Origin: Eledone cirrhosa
Taxonomy: Eukaryota
DNA: 64,000 nt
Assembly (NCBI GenBank): GCA_964016885.1
Contig: OZ024761.1
Location: 30,938,001 to 31,002,000, forward strand
Direction: 5' to 3'
Shown here: in pieces, positions 25,734 through 39,500 of the stretch
How positions within the stretch are numbered: position 1 is the first letter of the stretch
How the letters are laid out: every line of letters starts with the position of its first letter
Program-made: the position numbers and the translations under genes
Notes under the pieces: model-generated
The model's input: only the letters and a program-made list of their open reading frames with translations
Told to the model about the DNA's origin: nothing
Database searches by the model: none

Positions 25734-26989
25734 TGTGGTAGAAGAAATAGAAGCAGTTACAGGATATGCACTGAATATAATTATAATTAATTAATACAGT
25801 TAAATTAATGTAATTTAAATAAATTATAAAGAAAAAAAAAAATTATCTTTTCAAAGAAGAACAATTTAAATGATGGAAGCTGTCCGAAGATTTTTAAAAT
25901 GCCACTTCATTGTTAATAGATTGTTGGTTGGTAGGCCATTGTGGAAAGACTGCTTAACACCTTTCTACAGACAAATGAGATGTTTGAATAAAGGAGGACA
26001 TGAACAATAGAGAATCCTACTGACATACATACCTTGATCGGTAATCAAAAGATTTGGCAAATGAAAGAAATATCAAATATGAAAAGGTGTTGCAGCTGAT
26101 AGACAGACACAGACAGAAGTCTTTCTGCTGTTAAAATTTGGTCTATTTGGTCAGTAATAGATGAGAAAGTGACTACTACAGCACGTGGTAAGGAAGTTAG
26201 TAGCGGCGACAGCTCTATATATACATAGAACCTACTAAAGGGCGGTAACTCGTTCAAATTGCTGTATTCAAGGGAGATTTTTTTTATTTGATATCGGACC
26301 TTAAAGCTCAGAAAAAGGATGTAACACACACATATATATATGTATACTTACATACATATATATATATATATATACATATTTATATACATATATGTATATA
26401 TATATATATACACATACATACATACATACATACACATATAGAGAGAGAGAGAGACACTTACATACATATATATAGATAGATACATACACACATATTTATC
26501 TGTTCCGTGTATGAACATAATTAAATAATATATATACATTTATTTATTTGAAGAAATAAAAAAAAACATGGGTGGGGTGTGAAGAAGACCCGCACTCACC
26601 ACAAGGGGCTTTGCAGCCACCCTATAATAAATTTTTAGGTAAGCCAGACACACCAGCAACATTGTCGCGAGTGATAGCGAGGCTACGACATTGAGATAAC
26701 TAAGTACCATCGTGGGCATCACTTGATGAATCGGTCAAGCGAGTCGCCAACCATAACAAGAATCTCATTGTAAACTGTCCAAATGTCTCGAATGCCGTAG
26801 ACTAGAAACATCCATAGCCGATAATTCCTGGGTATTTAATAATTTCGTAAAGAAATGACTTCTACAGAACTAGAACTGTTTCATTCGTTTTTATGATTCA
26901 TAGTTGTATAAAAAAAAGAAATATAATAATATAATGCTTACAGAACGAAAGCACAAACAAATATATAAAGGAAAGGGGGAAAAAAAAAA

Positions 26990-27400
26990 AAAAAAGAAAG
27001 AGGCAAAGAAAACCTTGGGTGATGGTGAAGCTGATACGCTGGAACAACCAAGCACCCTCCTGAGCTTCACCAGTTACCTCTGTTAAGCGAGCTGCCAGTG
27101 AAGATACAAATCTCGTAGTCAGTAGCGCGACTCCCTCGAACGCCACAGGCTGGAAAATGTAGTTGGCCGACATATCACAGTATTTTAGGATTTTGTTCCG
27201 TTCAGTTGCAGAAGCTGTGGCTCTCGCCCTAACCGCAGCTTCCAGGATGTGGGAAGAAGCAAAAGAATCACTAACTGTGATGTCCCAGACAAGGCATCTG
27301 CCTCACGACCTGGGGCACAGGGTAAGGCCGTCAGGTCTTTTCCCATGAATTCTGGACAATCCAGATGTTTCCAAAATCGAGGGATGTTTGCCCGGGCCAA
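26990..27400 (-). mobile_element. Remnant of an RLE-type (CRE-like) non-LTR retrotransposon endonuclease region
   Basis: RPDGLTL..W....LVWDITVSDSFAS...Y.FQPVAFE...WLFQRIS. Related remnants at ~16840-17090 (+) and ~47140-47250 (-). Confidence 0.6.
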
Positions 27401-27433
27401 ACAAACGAATGTAGCAGTTCTAGTCCTGTAGAA

Positions 27434-27604
27434 CAGGCATGTCAAACTGAGGGCCCCCGGAGGGCCACACATGGTAACTAATTGCTCACATTACAACTAA
27501 TTTTTTTAAATTTTATATTACAAAGTTAAAGCATGCTCATGCTGTAAAAACCTTTGTGCGAGCCATATGTGTGCTTGTAAAGGGCCACATGTTTGACATG
27601 CCTG
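27434..27604. mobile_element. hAT-type MITE
   Basis: TIR CAGGCATGTCAAAC / GTTTGACATGCCTG; 8-bp TSD ctgtagaa / ctgtagga. Confidence 0.85.
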
Positions 27605-28059
27605 CTGTAGGAGCTATTTCTATAAAATATGTATATTCTCTAATACTGTATTGAGCACCTTATTTAACTGTGGTGCCCTTCAGTTCATCTCTGGGAAACC
27701 ATTCTGAATGCACACACGAAGATATATGTACATATGTGTGTGAGATGTTAATATGAAGATGTAAATTTATTGGTATAAAGATAATTGTTTCTACTTTTGG
27801 CACAAGGCCAGCAATTGCTCAGTACATTACTGGTACTTTATATTATCGACCCCGTAAGCATGAAAGGAAAAGTTAAACTTGGATCATAAAGGGGCGTAAC
27901 TCTATGCTGGAAAGCATGGCGTCCGACCCTCTACCGATACTGCCAATCCACCAGGGTAATAATGAAAGCGAGGCTACTGACCTCCGGAACAGGCACGCGC
28001 TGGGGCGGGGGTCTTGATCTTGCTTACATATGGTCTCACATTCTATAGAGTGCACAGGA

Positions 28060-28325
28060 AAGGTTGTCACATCTTTGACACAACTGAAGGGTTCTTCGAA
28101 CCATTTGTTTAGCAGGCTCTCTACAGCAAGATGCCCTTCCTATCACCAACACTATGGAGTTGTCATGTCCTTGACACAACTGAAGAGTCCTTCAAACCCT
28201 TTGTTTAGCAGGCTCTCTACAGCTGGATGCCCTTCCTATCACCAACACTAAGGATGCTGTCACATCTTTGACACAGCTGAAGGGTCCTCCCAACCTTTTG
28301 TTTGACAAGCTTTCTACAGCTAGAT
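28060..28325. repeat. ~90-bp tandem repeat (3 copies)
   Basis: Repeated 'gttgtcacatctttgacacaactgaagggt.cttc.aacc.tttgtttagcaggctctctacagc..gatgcccttcctatcaccaacact'. Confidence 0.8.
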
Positions 28326-29165
28326 GTTATGTCCCAATGTGCACTGGAATGAATGCCTTATATATATAATATAAGCATGTATAGCACCAAGAAAAATATA
28401 GACTTCAGCGAGAGGAGATAGTAAGAATTTATTGGCTTTAACATATGTTTCTGTGTCTATTATAATCTCCTTATAATATATAACCAGCAATTTCTCTGTC
28501 TGTCTGTCCGACAGTGGAAACACGTGCGCGCGTGGTTGCTATCTCTCTCTCTCTCCAGCTATCCCTCTCTTTTAGTCTGTCTGTTTCTCTCACTCTCACT
28601 CTTTCTCTTTGTAACACACTAACATTCCTCCCCTCTATTGCTGTGACGAATGGGGAGATGGAGGAGGAGGAAGAGGAGAGAGTCACTTCATCACTTCACC
28701 TCTGCCTTTCTTTCTCTCCCCTCTCACTCCCTCATTACGTACAGACATTAGGGCGGTGGATTGGCAGAATCTGTAGAGAGTCAGACACCATGCTTCATAG
28801 CATGGAGTTACGTCCCTTTACGGTCTGAGTTCAAATACCGCCGAGGTTAACTTTGCCTTTCATCCTCACGGGGTCGATAAAATAAAGTACCAGTAATGTA
28901 CTGGATAATTGCTGGCCTTGTGCCAAAAGTAGAAACAATTATTAGAAACATTGCTTCATTTTTACATATCTAAGCATTAGTAAAATAACTAATAATTTCA
29001 AAAGTAATTTTTCAATTCCAATTGTTATGAACAGCAAAACATTAATAATAATTTTGTTCTAAGAAATATATATACATTTCTGTGTGTGTAATATATATAT
29101 ATATACACACACAGAAATATATATATATATACACACAGAAATATATATACATTTCTGTGTGTGTA

Positions 29166-29196
<31 letters not shown>

Positions 29197-29718
29197 GAAA
29201 TATATGGGCATTTCTCTGTTTGTCTGTCTGTCTGTCCTTCCCTAAAACTCAAATGTAGGTGTTACAGAAATATTACCTTCCCCTTCCTTTCTCCACTTTG
29301 GTACTACCAAGAGAAACACTGTCGCTATAGAAACATTACCTTCCCTTCTCCACTGACTTTGGTCACTGAGGTCGAGGGAATCGCTGGTGAGACACCTTGC
29401 ACAAGCCAGAAGTAACCAGTTCGAGGCGGTTCTGACTTGACACCATGCCAAGGACCATTTGAAGATATATTTCCATCATTATATCATAACGTTTATATTT
29501 CCGTCACTAATCTCTTTTTCTCCTTTTTCGTTTTAACATATATTTATTTCAAAGATTTCACCGTATAGATAACATATATATTTATACATGCATAAAAGAC
29601 ACACCGAGAGACGGTGAACATGTGGTGCTGAAAACATTTCTCATCCAAATCTCAACAATATCAGTATATACACTAGATTTGCTAGCAGAAAACCGCCCAG
29701 TGGGTGGTTTTCTGCTAG

Positions 29719-32700
29719 TCTATATATATAAAACTGATGTTGTCTGTGTGTGTCATCATTTTTGCAAAGTCTATACAAATCCACATTTCTACTCCGATTG
29801 ACTTCTAACTTGCATTTATATATTCCTTGCGGTCTAAAGATATTAACTGCAGCTTTTATTTTTCAATTTTCTGTTGTTAAAGGGGTGTTAGGTGCCGTTT
29901 ATCCATCTCCGTCGCGCTCTTATAATATCTGTCTGTATGCCTGGCTGTCTGCATTACGACATTCTGACGAACATTGATGACATATTATGTTCGTTATTAT
30001 CTGTTCATCGCCAGGGAACGTCTTCACGAACCAAAGTATCATCTCCCTGTTTCCCTTCGGTTGCAACGTTTTTCGAAATATTTACTTCTGCGTTCACAGA
30101 TTGATGTTTTTAGTTTCAGAAGATCCCGTTAAGGGTGAAAGCAACGATTCTTTGCTTAAACTTTAATCTGTTATTTTAATCTATATATGTATAGATTAAT
30201 TGCTCGGATATTAAATAGCAATTGTGTATACCATTTATGTCAATACTTCAGTGCTGCTTCGAAAACTATACTTTTACAAAATCATCAGCTTTTTCCAAAA
30301 GGGGGTTCCTGCCCCCAGGGGTCCCCTACCCAATATGTGCCAATTCTGAGAGTTCACATTCATCTGTAGGACAAACGTAGCCCATGTGTCAAGTTTTGTT
30401 AAAATTGGTTGCGAACTCCAGAAGTTGTGATGTTTCGTTGCATTGCACTGCAGTGCTTCAGTCGACTCCAAGGAAGTGGTTAAAGTGGTTAAAGGGGTTA
30501 TCTGCCGGGGGGCCCTATAATCGATATCTGGAAAAATGACAGTGCCCATGACCATCCGGAGTACATAAGTAACCTATGTCTTAAGTTTGGTGAAAATACT
30601 GTAGAAATGCATAAGGTTTATACATACGCGCGTGCGTTCGTGTGGGTGGGTGTGTATGTATTTGTGTGTGCGTATGTATGTGTATGTCCATCAGGGCATA
30701 CGTATGTACTGGCCTAAATCTTCACTATTTACTTTTACTATTTTAATAACCTCTGTCATTTTCGTTTTCAATTTTATTTACATCATTCTTAAACTCCGGG
30801 GCTGGAAATCATTCGGTTATTTTAAATAGAATATTAGTCTAACGACTCCATTTATACCATAAACTTGGTCTTGTCTTTGCATGAAATTGTTCTTCACGAT
30901 CCACATAACGACGTATTATCCTCGCTTTTTTCCCGTTCATTGCCAGGAACGTCTTCACGAACCAAAATATCGTCTTCCTGTTTTCGTTCGGTTGCAACGT
31001 TTCTCGAAATAATTACTTCTGCGTTCACAGATTACTCTCAGTTCAATTTGAATGGGAAATTCCTGTTTCATCGATTTTCTCCGTAACCATGAAAGATTGT
31101 AGTTTGAAAGTCGACCCAACGCCTCCTCGGGTCATTCTGCATAACTGTGTAAATTTTTGCTGCATTCCACCAAGCCATTTCAATGTTTATCCGACTACAT
31201 CTACATATACAACGTCCGACCACTTCCAATTTATATAGTAGATTTGTTTATATACGAATGATAAAAAGAAAAGTACAAAACTATACATGAATTGTTTCTA
31301 CTAAACCTTCAATTTAAGACACAACCTACATATTTGATAGGACTCCAGCTCACTTCTTCTTCTTCTTCTTCTTTTGCTCCCCCTAGAACATTGGGCTGCG
31401 AGCCACCCCCACACAACGCCATGTTCTGAGTCTGCTTTTCAACTCCACCGTGATGCACGGTGCGTCATGGTGTATCTAACCATTTTTTTAGGTCTTACTA
31501 CGGTTGATTTCTTCCAGAGAGAAAGAAAGAGATGGGAAAATGCAGAGAAGATTCATCCCGGAGGAATAATAAAAAATGTTTACACTGCACATTTCAAAGC
31601 TAAAGCTGCCGATCCAAAATCAGTAATTCAACTCCCTGAAAACTTTCAAATATATGCTGTTCTAGCATGAATATTATGCTAAGGGGTAGCTGTCCACAAA
31701 GTAAGATTTACTTGCATATCCCCGCTCATATAAATACATAAATACATGCATACATACATTACAGTTGATATTTTTTTTTATTAAAGCGTTTTCATATTAT
31801 ATATATATATATATATAGTGACGAAACATAAGTCAATTGCATGAACTCATAATCCTTTATTTACTGCATTATTTGTATGAAATTGTAAATAAGACAAAAG
31901 TATTAGAACGGGGAAATAACTCACCGAACGCGATAGTTTTGGGGCCCCAAGGACCACATTTTTCAAGTTAGAGATTTGAAACCTCATCTATTTGCTTCCT
32001 TGGCATTTTTTACATGTGTAAATTTTCATGTCAGTCCGACCACGTCTACTACCATTTAACCGTGCACATCTGATTTTCAACCACCACCCATTTCACAAAT
32101 ATATATTAGATATATAAAACTGAGGAAGGATGTATGTATGTATGTGTGTGTGTGTGTGAAACCCGAGAAGTACCCAACCGATCTTTTTCAAACTTTACAT
32201 GTGTATTACTTATATTTCAGGGAGTGTTATGCACATAAAAAAAATTCAACTTTTTGATCCCCATTAGGTGAAAAACTGCGTTGAAACCAGCTTTTTATGG
32301 GTTTTTTGAGGCGTTATGTCAGACCAATTTCCTTGAAATTGTAACTATGTATTAGTCAGTCTCTTCTTCATACCGTGAGCAAAGAAAATCCAACTTTTTT
32401 TAGGGCCCGCATTAGGTGAAAAACTTCATTTTTTTCAGCTTTTTAGGGCTCTTTTGAGGCGTTACATCTAGCCAATTTTCCTGAAATTTCAAGGCATATT
32501 ATGCACATAAAAAAAATTCATTTTCTTGATCCCCTAGGGCCCGCATTAGGTGAAAACCTGTCTTTTTCTTGCTTCATCGAGGAAAATCTTAGATTATCCA
32601 GCCATCAGGGTATTCGGTTTATTTTCTTTACATATTGTCCAGGCATGCATTTTTTCCACGATTAGGTCTGTTGGCGGCCCGCATTCCAAAATACCTTATC

Positions 32701-32728
32701 CCGTGCAACGCCGGGTACCACTGCTAGT
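29719..32728 (+). mobile_element. Cluster of non-autonomous Helitron-like elements
   Basis: 5' TCTATATATATAAAACTG at 29719 and a similar start at ~32110. 3' GC hairpin cccgtgcaacgccggg plus CTAG at 32700-32728. Internal duplications (30010 vs 30940; 32220-32550). Confidence 0.55.
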
Positions 32729-34007
32729 AGTCTGTATATGCTGACTGCAATATATATATTGTTCAACCATATGCAATACTTAATTATTTTTTTACATGTC
32801 TTCAGAAAGCTTAAAAATGGTTGTGGTATTGTCCTTTCCGCATGGCGTAGAATATATATGTTAATTTCAGTAGTTCTTTTTACTTCTGTTAATAATATGT
32901 TAGTCTTCTATCTACCAATCAATGTAACTTCTTTATTCTATTAACCTTTTAGTGTTTAAACCGAAGGGTCTTTGGAGTAATATTTACTCAATAAAGTACA
33001 TAACTCAGAGATGAGAGAGTCACTTCAGGCAGAGCCGCTACTTCTCTGAATTGAGAGATCACAGCTACTATGGGAATGTGGTTAGAATGTTTCAGGAAAG
33101 AATCACTGGACAGATTTTACGTGCAAAACCAACCGGCAAGAGACCCAGGGGTAGACCCCGAGCAAGATGGTTGGATAACATCCATGAGCTTGGCTGGTCA
33201 AGCTTGGGGATCCAGCTGCATCAGTTGAAGACAGTTGCTTCTGACAGGACCTGCTGGAAGGAGTGTTTGAGGATTCTGCCCCAGTGACCCTCTCAGGAAT
33301 AAATGGACGAAGAAAAATAAGAATAAGAAGCATTTAAATTGGCTAAATCCAGCCAGAATTCTCTCACCTTTTTTGCGCAAACCAGCTGTAACAGGCCACT
33401 CATACAGATGTTAAAGTATTGTTCTCAAAATAAATATCAAAATCCCATAGATTCAATATTATGTCAGATAAAGTGCTTACCATGAAAATACAATAGTAAA
33501 TATAGAGTAATGTAAATGCTAAAGGGTTAAGCATATCTCCTTGTTTCAAAAGACACAAGACTCCTTCAGCCTTCATTCTGTCACTCATGTGATATCCACT
33601 AGCTGTGGCTGAGTATCATTTTTACATCCATTTATCCATGCTAACAGGAGTCAAATTCAGCTCAGCCTCTTTTGATAAGAAATACAAATAACACAGGTCA
33701 AGATTACATCAGAAACACTTAACCCTTTATCATTTAAACCGGCTATATCCGACCAGAATTTTCTCGCCTTTTTCTGTTCAAACTCGCTGTAACCATACTT
33801 ATGTTTAGGTATTTTTCTCAAAATAAATAATATCGAAATCTTGTAGATTCGATATTATGTGAGATAATTATGCGAGGTAAAGTGTTTACTGTGAAAATAT
33901 AATAGTTAAATATAGAGTAATGTAAATGCTAAAGGGTCAAATTGAAAGAAATACAAAACCATTATTTTTTTAAATATATATTCTTTAATTTAAGATATAC
34001 ATAATGA

Positions 34008-34045
<38 letters not shown>

Positions 34046-34419
34046 AAGGACAAAATATATTTCATAAAAAATAGCTTCAAATTGTGCAATGGTGGAAAGA
34101 TAAACGAATTGCATCTGTGTGTGATAATGAAATAATCTTGTAAAAAAATGATAGATGTCTAGTTTGGGGCTGTCAAAAGAAGCCTTTTTTTTTTTTTTTA
34201 ATTATTTATTTAATGATTTTAAAATAAGAATAAGATTATTACATGATTTTTTTTTCTCTGTAACAGCTGAAAATACATAGAGAGAGAGAGAGAGAGAAAG
34301 ATAGCTGTTGGGTAATATTCACCCCAGAACCATAAAGTTTGAATATCTAAGATAGATTCTTTAAAGCAGATCATTTTAAAGTAGAAGTCGATAGAAATAT
34401 ATAGCAAATGATAAAAAAA

Positions 34420-35660
34420 AAGGAGCCAGTAGTCAGATCAGACCAAGGAAATTGCGTTTTCATTGTTGACACTATCTGCTGGCTGCAACTCCTAGCAGCA
34501 GAAAAAGGAGCTGATCATCAGATCAGACCAAGGAAACTATGCTGTCGGTCTTTCCATCGCTGATATTATTTGTCAGTCACAACTCCTGGCAGAAGAAAGG
34601 AGCTGATCATCAGATCAGACCAAGAAACTATGCTGTCTTTGGTCTTTCCGTTGCTGATATTTGTCACTCACAACTCATGGCAGAAGAAAGGAACTGATCA
34701 TCAGATCAGACCAAGAAACTATGCTGTCTTTGGTCTTTCCATCGCTGATATTATTTGTCAGTCACAACTCATGGCAGAAGAAAGGAACTGATCATCAGAT
34801 CAGACCAAGAAACTATGCTGTCTTTGGTCTTTCCGTTGCTGATATTTGTCACTCACAACTCCTGGCAGAAGAAAGGAGCTGATCATCAGATCAGACCAAG
34901 AAACTATGCTGTCTTTGGTCTTTCCGTTGCTGATATTTGTCACTCACAACTCATGGCAGAAGAAAGGAGCTGATCATCAGATCAGACCAAGGAAACTATG
35001 CTGTCGGTCTTTCCATCGCTGATATTATTTGTCAGTCACAACTCCTGGCAGAAGAAAGGAACTGATCATCAGATCAGACCAAGAAACTATGCTGTCTTTG
35101 GTCTTTCCGTTGCTGATATTTGTCACTCACAACTCCTGGCAGAAGAAAGGAGCTGATAATCAGATCAGACCAAGAAACTATGCTGTCTTTGGTCTTTCCG
35201 TTGCTGATATTTGTCACTCACAACTCCTGGCAGAAGAAAGGAGCTGATAATCAGATCAGACCAAGAAACTATGCTGTCTTTGGTCTTTCCGTTGCTGATA
35301 TTTGTCACTCACAACTCCTGGCAGAAGAAAGGAGCTGATAATCAGATCAGACCAAGAAACTATGCTGTCTTTGGTCTTTCCGTTGCTGATATTTGTCACT
35401 CACAACTCATGGCAGAAGAAAGGAGCTGATCATCAGATCAGACCAAGAAACTATGCTGTCTTTGGTCTTTCTGTTGCTGATATTTGTCACTCACAACTCC
35501 TGGCAGAAGAAAGGAGCTGATCATCAGATCAGACCAAGAAACTATGCTGTCTTTGGTCTTTCCGTTGCTGATATTTGTCACTCACAACTCATGGCAGAAG
35601 AAAGGAGCTGATAATCAGATCAGATCAAGGAAATTACATTTCCTTTGGTCTTTCCATTAC
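34420..35660. repeat. 91-94-bp minisatellite, about 13 copies
   Basis: Unit ggagctgatcatcagatcagaccaagaaactatgctgtctttggtctttccgttgctgatatttgtcactcacaactcctggcagaagaaa, with degenerate terminal copies. Confidence 0.95.
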
Positions 35661-35852
35661 TAAAACTATCTACTAGTGACTGGAGGTGGCATTTGAATTC
35701 AGAAAGCACACAGAGCTGGAACAGATACTGCAAAACATCCCATCTGACTCTTTAACAAGTCTCCTAATCCACCGCCCTCCTGGACTGGCATTTATTTACC
35801 AATGCTGATGATGAGAGGAGAAGGAGGCAGGATTGGAATTCAGTGTGTAGAG

Positions 35853-36053
35853 CAGGCATGTCAAACTGAGGGTCCTCCGAGGGCCACATGGGTCACATAT
35901 GTGTTGTATGAAAGCCACACATGACAACTAATTGCACACATTAACAACACATTTTTTTATTTTAAATTACGAAAATAAAACATGCTCGCGCTGTAAAAAT
36001 CTTTATGCAGGCCGCAGGTGTGCTTATAAAGGGCCGCATGTTTGACATGCCTG
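35853..36053. mobile_element. hAT-type MITE (same family as 27434), inserted in a SINE remnant
   Basis: TIR CAGGCATGTCAAAC; perfect 8-bp TSD GTGTAGAG. Confidence 0.9.
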
Positions 36054-39000
36054 GTGTAGAGAACCAGAAGAAATATCACAAAGCATTTGATCCAACTCTA
36101 ATGTTTCTAGCAATCCACCGTCTCATTAGCAGTAAGTTCTTAATAATACATCAAAAGGACAATGTAGAAAAACAAACAGATTTACTTACACACACATGAC
36201 ATAATAGAATATAAATTTTTTTTTTTTTTTTTTTTTTACATATATTTACATATATTTTACATATATTTACATATTTTCCTATATACATCTTAGATTTGAG
36301 TTTCAATAGAAACAACAAAGGAAATAGAAAAAGAAAAAAAAAAGAAATTTACAAAATTTATTTAAATTTAAATTCTAAGTAAAAAACACAAGAACAAAAA
36401 AAAAAACAGGATTTTAATTTTTTTTTTTTTCCAAAAGTTTTTTTTTTAAATTCCTGAGCTGACTGTCTCCACCTGTTAAGTCATGTATTTTATCAAATGT
36501 TGTTATCATTAAGTTAACAAGACAATATATCTACAAGGTAGGGTCAAATTCATAATCGCACCTCCCTCGATTTAACTTGCTTGATCAATCCAAATTGATA
36601 GTATTATTATTGTTAGGTTAGTACTTATGTAAAAGTCAACCCCCTAATTTTGCCACCAAAAAATAGGGAATTTTCCATAGACCTCGTATAAAAGCCAACC
36701 CTAGTATTTCACGGATAACTGGTCAGCATTTTATGGGTCAAGGTATCATCCTGTATTTAGAAATAACATTGATACAAAGTAGTCATGGATTTAAGGCAAA
36801 TTTATATTTTTGCAAATACATGTCTGAAACTAAACATTTACCTAAACATGGCCCTACCTTATTCTAACCTGCCTTATAGCTGGAATGCTTGGTGCTTATA
36901 GTAAAACACCATATAATAACGAACACTACACATCTGTTTATGGGTGCTACATCACTATTAAAATGTATGCAGAAGATGTGCTGCAAGCCTGTAACCTTTA
37001 TATTTTTGGGATTCTAGTTTGAATTTCAACTCCCTCAAAAGTATTATTCATGTAATAGTCGACCCTATAAATTTAACTTTAAAATAATGGTCTCAAAAAT
37101 TCGACTTTTACATAAATATATAGGGAAATTGTAAGACATTGGAGGGATATTCACCACAAAAAATTGTTGCCACTCAGTTGGCTTAGAAGAGTGGGGGATC
37201 CCCAAACTTTTTGGACAATCAACATTGGTGATAAATTATCATGTTTCAACAAAATAAATCATTGAGGTTAATTATTCAGGGGCAGTAAAAATATGTTGGG
37301 AAAATTTAGTCATTTTTGATGGAAAATTATGAACGTCTGCACCCTGCAAAAATGATATGAACAATACACTTATGCTCAGGGGTACCATCCACATAGAAAT
37401 CAACAGATAAGTATTTAATGTAAAGTATTTAATGTAAAGCATCAAAATTAAAATTAGAAATTCTGTAGCAGGAATCAGCCCTTTTATGGCATACTTGACC
37501 CTTCAGCAACCCCAGACATGTAAAATAAATAAATAAACCAGTAAACAGAATATAAAATAAACCGACAATATAAACTAATTAAATAGAGATCAGAAACCTG
37601 TATAAACGACGTATATTTTTTATGTATTTGCATTTGTCATGCTTTAGCCAAAAAAATTATATCGACATTGACTCCCCTTAGCCTAGGGAGTCCCATTGAT
37701 TCTGACTGGGAGATCCATATCAATCACTTTGGTGGAGCCATTGGTCAGAAGTAGATACAGTCTTAAAACACAAACCCTGGACATCAGGCTGGCTCATTGT
37801 ACATTAATATTTTTTCAGCTTTATTTATTTTTTACTCGGCTCTGTGGACACCCAGATATTGCCCTAAACCAGTCACATCCAAATTTCACCAACTTCAAAT
37901 TCTATGTAAATAAGGTTTGGATTTTTGCCCTTTTCTCAGACATAAAATAAAGGGGGTCAGCTTAAATTCAAGTATATACGATAAGTCTTTTGTTACTATA
38001 TTTCTAATGAAAAACACTGCCTATGACTTTCAACTAAGTTTGAAATTAATAACAAATTTGGATAGATCTAATTCTACTGGTTTTCTTGTCATTAAGCTGG
38101 TATTTGGAATATAACTTAAAGGTTCTTACATAAATTATGATGGAACGTTTTTGATAAAATAAACTTATTTGAATCTGCCCTCTAATTTTAAAGTGTTCAC
38201 ATTCAAATCTTCCATAACAACTTTTATGTAAAGTGGTAATGCTGATGTGATGACAAAATACATGCAGTCCAGCAATTTTGGGGAGAGGGAAATCGATTAA
38301 ATTGACCCTAGTACTTGACTGGTACTTTATTTTATCAACCACAGAAGGATGGAAAGCAAAGCTGACCTCAACGAGATTTGAACTCTAATTTTGAATTTTG
38401 GCACAAGGCCAGCAATTTAGGGGAAGGAGAAAGTCAATTATGTTAAACCCTTGCACTTTACCAATTTTTTTTTTTTTTTTTTAATTGACCTCTGGAAGGA
38501 TGAAAGAAAAAGTTGACTTTGGCAGGATTTGAACTCAGAATGTGAAGAGCCTTAACTAAACACTACAAAAAATGTTATCCAATGCTCTACTGACTCCACT
38601 AATCTCTGTCTTCAGTGCAATATAATAAGTGTTTCACAAGGCCAACGATTTTGGGGTTAAGGGGAAAGTCGATTAAATCAACCCCAGTATATTACTGGTG
38701 CTTTATTTTACTAACCCTGTAAGGATGAAAGGCAAAGTTAACCTCAGTGGGATTTGAACTCAGAACGTAAAGGGACATAACTATGCCATGAAGCATGTCC
38801 TATGCTCTACCGATACTGCCAATCCACCACCTTTCAGTGCAATATAATATTAAAAGCAGCATTTATACTAGTCAGACCAAATTTAGTGCTAGCTTTTGTT
38901 TGGCATACAAAATAGCAAGTAGTTAAAAATCAGTTTAAATTTTCATTTGAATGATTCTTTAGTTATAAATATATAAAAGAGTTTTTACAAATCATGAATG

Positions 39001-39234
39001 GCAAAGGTTGGATGAGCTGAGAGAGAAACCATGTATAAAAGGTATGAAATGTATTGTGAAAGAGAGAAGAAAGACTACACTGCTATGGCCAGGTGATGTG
39101 CCTGGAAGGGAGGGGAGGATGATCATTGGATGAAGAAGGGCCAGGAGTTACCACTGGAATGAAGCTGCTGTAGAGGAAGGACAAGGAAAACCTTTGCAGG
39201 GGTGGTGAGAGCAGATCTCAATATGCTGAACCTA

Positions 39235-39500
39235 ACAGAGGAGATGACAAAGGAATGCTACATGTGGAGACAGGATGTGCTGACACCAAGGAGATGACAG
39301 GAATGCTACATGTAGAGGAAGGTTGTGCTGGCACCAAGGAGATGACAAAGGAATGAGTACTATATGTGGAAGAAGGATGTCCTGACTAAGGAGATGACAA
39401 AGGAATGCTACATAAGGAGAAAAGCTGTGCTAGCACTGAGAAGCTGACAAAGGAATGCTACATGTGAAGAGAGGCTCTGCTTGAAAAAACCTGACCAACC
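39235..39500 (+). repeat. ~47-bp tandem amplification inside an RTE 3' fragment
   Basis: Repeated 'ggagatgacaaaggaatgctacatgtggag...tgtgctggcacc'. A related minus-strand copy lies at ~13970-14110. Confidence 0.7.

Noticed and set aside
34420-35660. CRISPR-like array or hammerhead in the 91-bp repeat (minus strand has CTGATGA and GAAA)
   Set aside because: No unique spacers, and the context is eukaryotic. GAAA is not positioned after stem II, the would-be cleavage base is G, and there is no stem I.
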